Below, one piece after another: positions 30,021 through 32,000 of a DNA stretch of 32,000 nucleotides (position 1 is its first letter; each line of letters starts with the position of its first letter). The notes beneath the pieces are model-generated. The model did not search any database and had not been told where the DNA came from. It saw only the letters and a list, made by a program, of their open reading frames with translations. The stretch spans positions 169,032 through 201,031 of the forward strand of contig CBDAQW010000004.1 of assembly GCA_965199185.1 (NCBI GenBank), in the 5' to 3' direction. The position numbers were made by a program, and so were the translations under genes. The DNA comes from Endozoicomonas sp. GTDB taxonomy: Bacteria > Pseudomonadota > Gammaproteobacteria > Pseudomonadales > Endozoicomonadaceae.

Positions 30021-32000
30021 TTAGTCGTCTAGTGCCCACACGCGTTCAGCGTAATCAGCAATAGAACGGTCGGAGGAGAAACGCCCTAGTCTAGCGGTGT
30101 TCAGCACAGCCTTGCGCCACCACAGATCAGGTTTACGATATTCTTCTGCCACTTTCTTCTGAGCTTCACAGTAACTGTCGAAGTCAGCCAGCGCCATAAA
30201 GTAGTCGTTATTAATCAGGTCTTCTGCAACAGGCTTCAGCAAGTCCGGAATATGCGGGCAGAAAGAGCCGTCCATCAGTGAATCAATCGCTCGCTTCAGT
30301 GTCGGATTATTCTCGTAGTATTCTCGCGGGTTGTAACCTTCTTCACGCAGAGCAACAATTTCTTCAACACTCTTACCAAAGATGAAGCAGTTTTCTTCAC
30401 GTACGGCTTCGGCAATTTCCACGTTAGCACCGTCCATAGTACCGATAGTCAGAGCGCCGTTCAGACCCAGTTTCATGTTGCCGGTACCGGAGGCTTCATA
30501 ACCCGCGGTAGAAATTTGTTCAGAAACATCCGCTGCCGGAATGATCTTTTCTGCCAGGCTGACACGGTAATCCGGCAGGAAAACAACTTTCAGTCGGTCA
30601 TTCAGACGACGATCGTTGTTGATTGTCTGAGCCACTTTGTTGATAGCCAGAATGATCTGCTTGGCCAGTACATAACCAGGCGCTGCTTTGGCACCAAAGA
30701 TAAATACTCTTGGAGTGTAACGCTGGTCTGGATTCATCAGCATTTCATGGTACAGGCTGATGATATGCAGCAGATTCAGTTGCTGGCGCTTGTACTCGTG
30801 CAGACGCTTGATCTGAACGTCAAACAGAGCATTCGGGCTAACCACAACGCCGGTTTCTTCGCGAATAATACGAGCCAGGCGCTCTTTATTCTGGTGGCGA
30901 ATGCCAGCATAGACTTTCAGGAAGTCCGGAGAGTCAGCAAGCGGTTCCAGTTTTTCCAGTTGATCCAGGTCAGTGCGCCACTCGGTGCCCAGGTTGTCAT
31001 CCAGTAGTCGAGCCAGACCGGGGTTGCAGTGAGCCAGCCAGCGTCTTGGGGTGACACCGTTGGTAACATTCACCAGCTTGTTCGGGTACAGTTTGTCGAA
31101 CTCAGGGAACAGATTGCTTTTAACCAGATCACTGTGCAGAGCGGCTACACCATTCACACGACGACTGCCGATCACGGACAGGTTGGCCATGCGAATCATT
31201 CGGTCACCATTGTCCAGTTCTTCAAAAATACTGAGTTTCTGAATCACTTTGGTATTGTCACCGTAGAAGGCTTTCACTTCACCAGTCAGGAAGTGATAGT
31301 TGATCATCTCAATGATTTGCAGATGACGAGGAAGAATACGACCCAATAGTGAGGCAGACCATTTTTCCAGAGCTTCTGGCAACAGGGTATGGTTTGTGTA
31401 ATGGCAAACCTGACGGGTAATAGCCCAGGCTTCATTCCATACCATGCCTTCGTCGTCCATCAACAGGCGCATCAGTTCAGGAATAGCAATTGCTGGATGA
31501 GTGTCATTTAACTGCAGTGCATAGTGTTGAGGCAGTTCAGACAGCGGCAGTCCGCGTTGTTTGTGCTGACGGATAACGTCACGCAATGAACAGGCAACAA
31601 AGAAATACTGCTGAATCAAACGCAGATCTTTGCCTTGTGGTGTGGAATCTTCCGGATAAAGAACACCAGAAATAGTATCACCCTCCACCAGGTTACGGCA
31701 GGCTTCAAGGTATTCACCACGATTGTATTTATCCAGATCAATCGGGAAGTCTTCAATGAGGCTTTCCCACAGACGCAGACGGTTAACGAACTGGCCGCCG
31801 AAAGAAGGCACTGGAATATCCCAGGGCACACCGACCAGTTTCTTGGCCGGATACCACTTGTTGCTGCCATCACTGCCCACTTCAACATGACCAAACAGAC
31901 CGATTTCTACCGTTTCAGAAGGACGGCAGATTTCCCAGGGGCTACCCAGTTCACGCCAGACATCCGGAAATTCACGCTGATAACCGTCTTCAAATGCCTG
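30021..32000 (-). CDS. glgP: Glycogen/starch/alpha-glucan phosphorylase (5' end beyond window)
   Basis: LPNYRVS-like [56 protein letters not shown]. The frame stays open past the track start at 31880 to 32000 ([44 protein letters not shown]...). Confidence 0.95.
   Translation of the reverse strand, partial: [659 protein letters not shown]

Overview
The window looks like a gammaproteobacterial chromosome segment, probably Endozoicomonas-like (inference from gene content, not tested). It contains: (1) an LPS core / O-antigen glycosyltransferase cluster at about 0.65-8.0 kb, with heptosyltransferase, GT2 and GT4 enzymes, a hexapeptide acetyltransferase and a convergent O-antigen-ligase-like gene; (2) a decayed insertion sequence (8032-9942) with 17-bp perfect inverted ends, interrupted by an IS630-family element whose ORF breaks at an A9 run; (3) a BrnT/BrnA-like toxin-antitoxin pair; (4) ugd and a UDP-glucuronate 4-epimerase-like gene; (5) housekeeping genes: type IV pilin, ligB-like, cca, a PLP-dependent cysteine synthase-like enzyme, radA, ydiJ-like, an L,D-transpeptidase, ogt-like, torD-like, napF and 5'-truncated glgP. 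I found no convincing new defence or enzymatic system. The most unusual signal is a dispersed family of short non-coding palindromic elements (MITE-like). It has at least 5 copies within 19 kb, 20-bp terminal inverted repeats (AACCCGATGTGTGACTTTTA) and 5-bp target duplications at three insertions (CCAGT, AAGCC, ATTTA). One copy is inserted inside another, and two copies carry a second, different palindromic element with its own 5-bp duplication (ATCCC/GGGAT). Several copies sit directly upstream of start codons. A separate nested palindrome (27966-28127) and a 9 x 9-bp tandem repeat in a predicted secreted protein are also notable.
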